Source: Actinomycetota bacterium | GTDB lineage: Bacteria; Actinomycetota; Actinomycetes; S36-B12; UBA10799 | DNA: 64,000 bases | Assembly (NCBI GenBank): GCA_963169255.1 | Contig: CAUJEJ010000086.1 | Location: 26,981-90,980 of the forward strand | Direction of reading: 5' to 3' | In this document: positions 61,860-64,000 of the stretch, piece after piece | How the letters are laid out: the number at the start of each line of letters is the position of its first letter | Numbering within the stretch: the first letter of the stretch is position 1 | Notes under the pieces: model-generated | What the model saw: only the letters and a program-made list of their open reading frames with translations | Database searches by the model: none | What the model was told of the DNA's origin: nothing | Position numbers and translations under genes: made by a program

Positions 61860-62549
61860 CTAACTGACGACCATTCGTCGAGCGAGCACCACACACTGGT
61901 CCGCGATCTCGTCTCCGGTGAGCGATCCGTCTGGCCGGAACCAGGAACTCACCTGATCCACCATTTCGATGAGCGCAGAGACCAAAACCGGCACGTTGAC
62001 GCAGGGATCATGTTCGGCCTGCGGTGCCGCTGCAATTGTCAGGTCACGAACGATCGCCCGGTAGCCCGCGAGGGCAGCAAGGTGACGGTCGTACGTGTCC
62101 GCGGGCAGAACTCTTCGCATAAAGTCCGCATCAACGAGCTTGTCTTGCGCTCGGGCAAGAGCCACATCGTTTGTCTTGTACCGTGCGTGGCGACGCAGGA
62201 GCTCGAACAACCGCTGTGACTCCTCATATTCTTCAAGTCCGCCGAGCACACTTGTGAGGAAATCACTGAGCGCATAGTCGACAGCAGTCGCGAGCACGTC
62301 TGCCTTCGATTCGAAATGGTTGTAAATGGCCGGCGCCTTCACCCCAACTTCGGCAGCGAGCTCACGCATCGACGAGGACTCGTAACCTCGGTCCGCGAAG
62401 AGCTTCACAGCTGCGACCAGGAGGCGGTTGCGAGTCGCGAGTTCGTCGTCCAGCGGATCTTGTGAAATGCCTGCCAAGTTGAAGGTGGCTAGGTATCCGC
62501 CTGGAGGTTCGTTCGCGGCACCGGAGATAGCCGAGGCCGCTGTAGTCAC
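61860..62549 (-). CDS. TetR/AcrR-family transcriptional regulator
   Basis: 229 aa with N-terminal HTH RNRLLVAAVKLFADRGYESSSMRELAAEVGVKAPAIYNHFESK. It lies directly upstream of, and co-directional with, the MFS gene. Confidence 0.85.
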   Translation of the reverse strand: MTTAASAISGAANEPPGGYLATFNLAGISQDPLDDELATRNRLLVAAVKLFADRGYESSSMRELAAEVGVKAPAIYNHFESKADVLATAVDYALSDFLTSVLGGLEEYEESQRLFELLRRHARYKTNDVALARAQDKLVDADFMRRVLPADTYDRHLAALAGYRAIVRDLTIAAAPQAEHDPCVNVPVLVSALIEMVDQVSSWFRPDGSLTGDEIADQCVVLARRMVVS

Positions 62550-62562
62550 CTGCTGATCCTAC

Positions 62563-63489
62563 TTACGCACTGAGCACTGCGAGCGCGTGGGCAAGATCTG
62601 GCGGATACGGCGATTCAAACGAAATTCGCTCACCGGTGCGAGGGTGGGTGATCGTCAATGCAACGGCGTGCAGCCACTGACGCTCGAGCCCGAGGCGCTT
62701 TGCCAGGGTGGGGTCGGCGCCATACGTGAGGTCACCACAACACGGGTGATTCATGGCGGACATATGGACTCTGATCTGGTGGGTACGCCCAGTCTCGAGG
62801 TCAACTTCCAGTAATGATCCGTAGCTGTATGCCTCGAGTGTTCGGTAGTGAGTCACGCTGGGCTTGCCCTCGTTCAGGACAGCAAACCGATAGTCGTGGT
62901 GTGGGTGGCGACCAATTGGCGCATCAATGGTCCCGCTACTCGGATCGGGATGGCCTTGGACAAGCGTGTGGTACGTCTTCGAGACTTCTCGATCCTTGAA
63001 CTGTGCCTTCAAACGTGTGTAGGCCTGCGGTGTGCGTGCGACCACCATCAGCCCGCTTGTACCGACGTCGAGCCGGTGAACGATTCCTTCCCGTTCAGCG
63101 GGACCGGTCTCGGCGACGGAGACGCCAGCGGCGCGAAGCCCGTTGGTTACGGTCGGTCCAGTCCAACCAGGACTCGGATGCGCCGCGACTCCAACCGGCT
63201 TGTCGACCACCACAATGTCATCGTCTTGAAAGACGATAGGCAACTCCACGACGGGCTCATCTGTCAGCGTCTCGTCGGCGACCAAGACCTCGATAGTGAG
63301 TCGTTTACCAGCCACCAGTTTGTCAGCACGCGAGACCCGCTTGCCGCTGACCTTGACCGCCCCATCAGAGATGAGGTTCGCTGCCTGGTTCCTCGAAACG
63401 CCGCGGAGCCGTGATACTCCGACGTCGGCGCGTTCGCCATCTAAGGAGTCCGGGACTTCAAAGACCTCGGTCGTAGGTGAATCAGTCAC
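62563..63489 (-). CDS. rluD: RluA-family 23S rRNA pseudouridine synthase (RluD-like)
   Basis: Start reset to GTG 63489, overlapping the lspA stop (GTGA at 63486-63489). S4 domain plus catalytic motif HRLDVGTSGLMVVA. Confidence 0.9.
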   Translation of the reverse strand: MTDSPTTEVFEVPDSLDGERADVGVSRLRGVSRNQAANLISDGAVKVSGKRVSRADKLVAGKRLTIEVLVADETLTDEPVVELPIVFQDDDIVVVDKPVGVAAHPSPGWTGPTVTNGLRAAGVSVAETGPAEREGIVHRLDVGTSGLMVVARTPQAYTRLKAQFKDREVSKTYHTLVQGHPDPSSGTIDAPIGRHPHHDYRFAVLNEGKPSVTHYRTLEAYSYGSLLEVDLETGRTHQIRVHMSAMNHPCCGDLTYGADPTLAKRLGLERQWLHAVALTITHPRTGERISFESPYPPDLAHALAVLSA

Positions 63490-63992
63490 GATGCGGCACC
63501 ACGCAATGGAACGCCTCGGATTGTCAGAATCACGATGAGTGCGGCTGAGCAACAGACAGCGATGTCGGCAACGTTGAAGATTGCGAAATATGGCACCTGA
63601 AAGAAGTCGACAACGTGCCCCCGGCCAAAACCAGGCTCGCGCAACAACCTGTCGAGTAGGTTTCCAAGCGCTCCCCCGAGCAATCCGCCGAGCGCAATCG
63701 CCCAAGCCTTGGACCCGAGCGTGCGTGACGTCACGACGATGACCACGGCGACGACTGCGGCGAGAACACTAAAGATGATGGTGTAGCCACCACCGAGTGA
63801 GAACGCAGCACCGGGGTTCCGGACGAAGGTGAACTTCAGAAGCGGGCCGAGCACTTCCACTGAGGGCTGTCCCTCGAGGTACGCGACCGCCAATAGCTTC
63901 GTCAACTGATCGATAGCGATGACAACCGCGGCAACGAGCAGCGTCATCCCAAGGAGTGAGCGACGCTGCGACGCGACAGGTTCAGCGGTCAC
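63486..63992 (-). CDS. lspA: lipoprotein signal peptidase (signal peptidase II)
   Basis: 168 aa, four TM, with motifs RNPGAAFS and FNVADIAV. GTG start at 63992..63990. Confidence 0.9.
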   Translation of the reverse strand: MTAEPVASQRRSLLGMTLLVAAVVIAIDQLTKLLAVAYLEGQPSVEVLGPLLKFTFVRNPGAAFSLGGGYTIIFSVLAAVVAVVIVVTSRTLGSKAWAIALGGLLGGALGNLLDRLLREPGFGRGHVVDFFQVPYFAIFNVADIAVCCSAALIVILTIRGVPLRGAAS

Positions 63993-64000
63993 CAGGTCAG

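Overview
This is a 64-kb stretch of a GC-rich actinobacterial (Actinomycetota) chromosome and it is almost entirely coding. I call 62 CDS, 56 of them on the minus strand. I found no rRNA, tRNA, CRISPR array, transposase, integrase or prophage signature. All gene identities come from reading the supplied and my own translations against remembered family motifs; no database search was run.

The window is dominated by conserved core operons in an order I recognise from Mycobacterium and Streptomyces. On the minus strand, from high to low coordinate:
- lspA-rluD-tetR-MFS, then dnaE
- hisD-hisC-hisB-(new 51-aa ORF)-hisH-hisA(priA type)-hisF, then hisI-trpE
- a Trp-associated membrane protein, then an inserted module (HGxxPAAW protein, OmpR-type regulator, histidine kinase, CD225/dispanin protein, DUF2752 protein)
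- trpC-trpB-trpA-MauE/DoxX-DsbA-lgt, then gltB-gltD and pyk
- divergent bldD on the plus strand
- pyrR-pyrB-pyrC-(membrane protein)-carA-carB-pyrK-pyrD-pyrF
- mihF-gmk-rpoZ-coaBC-metK-priA-def-fmt-rsmB-rpe
- ribD-ribE-ribBA-ribH-hisE-hisG

More than 20 gene junctions are 1-8 nt start/stop overlaps (ATGA, GTGA, TAGTG, TGATG), which implies long translationally coupled operons. Many N-terminal extensions in the ORF track are artefacts, and I re-set those starts using overlaps and Shine-Dalgarno sequences.

I do not see a clear-cut new multi-gene system such as a defence island or biosynthetic cluster. The items most worth a second look are:
- the signalling/membrane module (two-component system plus dispanin-DUF2752 pair) nested in the trp operon
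- a MauE/DoxX-DsbA pair translationally coupled to trpA and followed by lgt
- an unannotated 51-aa two-helix ORF coupled to hisB
- a coaBC gene that seems to need a CTG start overlapping the rpoZ stop
- tandem 18-bp palindrome-bearing repeats in the bldD leader
- a PyrR-box-like element over the pyrR ribosome-binding site
- a helicase-motif-degenerate PriA
- uncharacterised membrane proteins coupled to pyrC/carA and to dnaE
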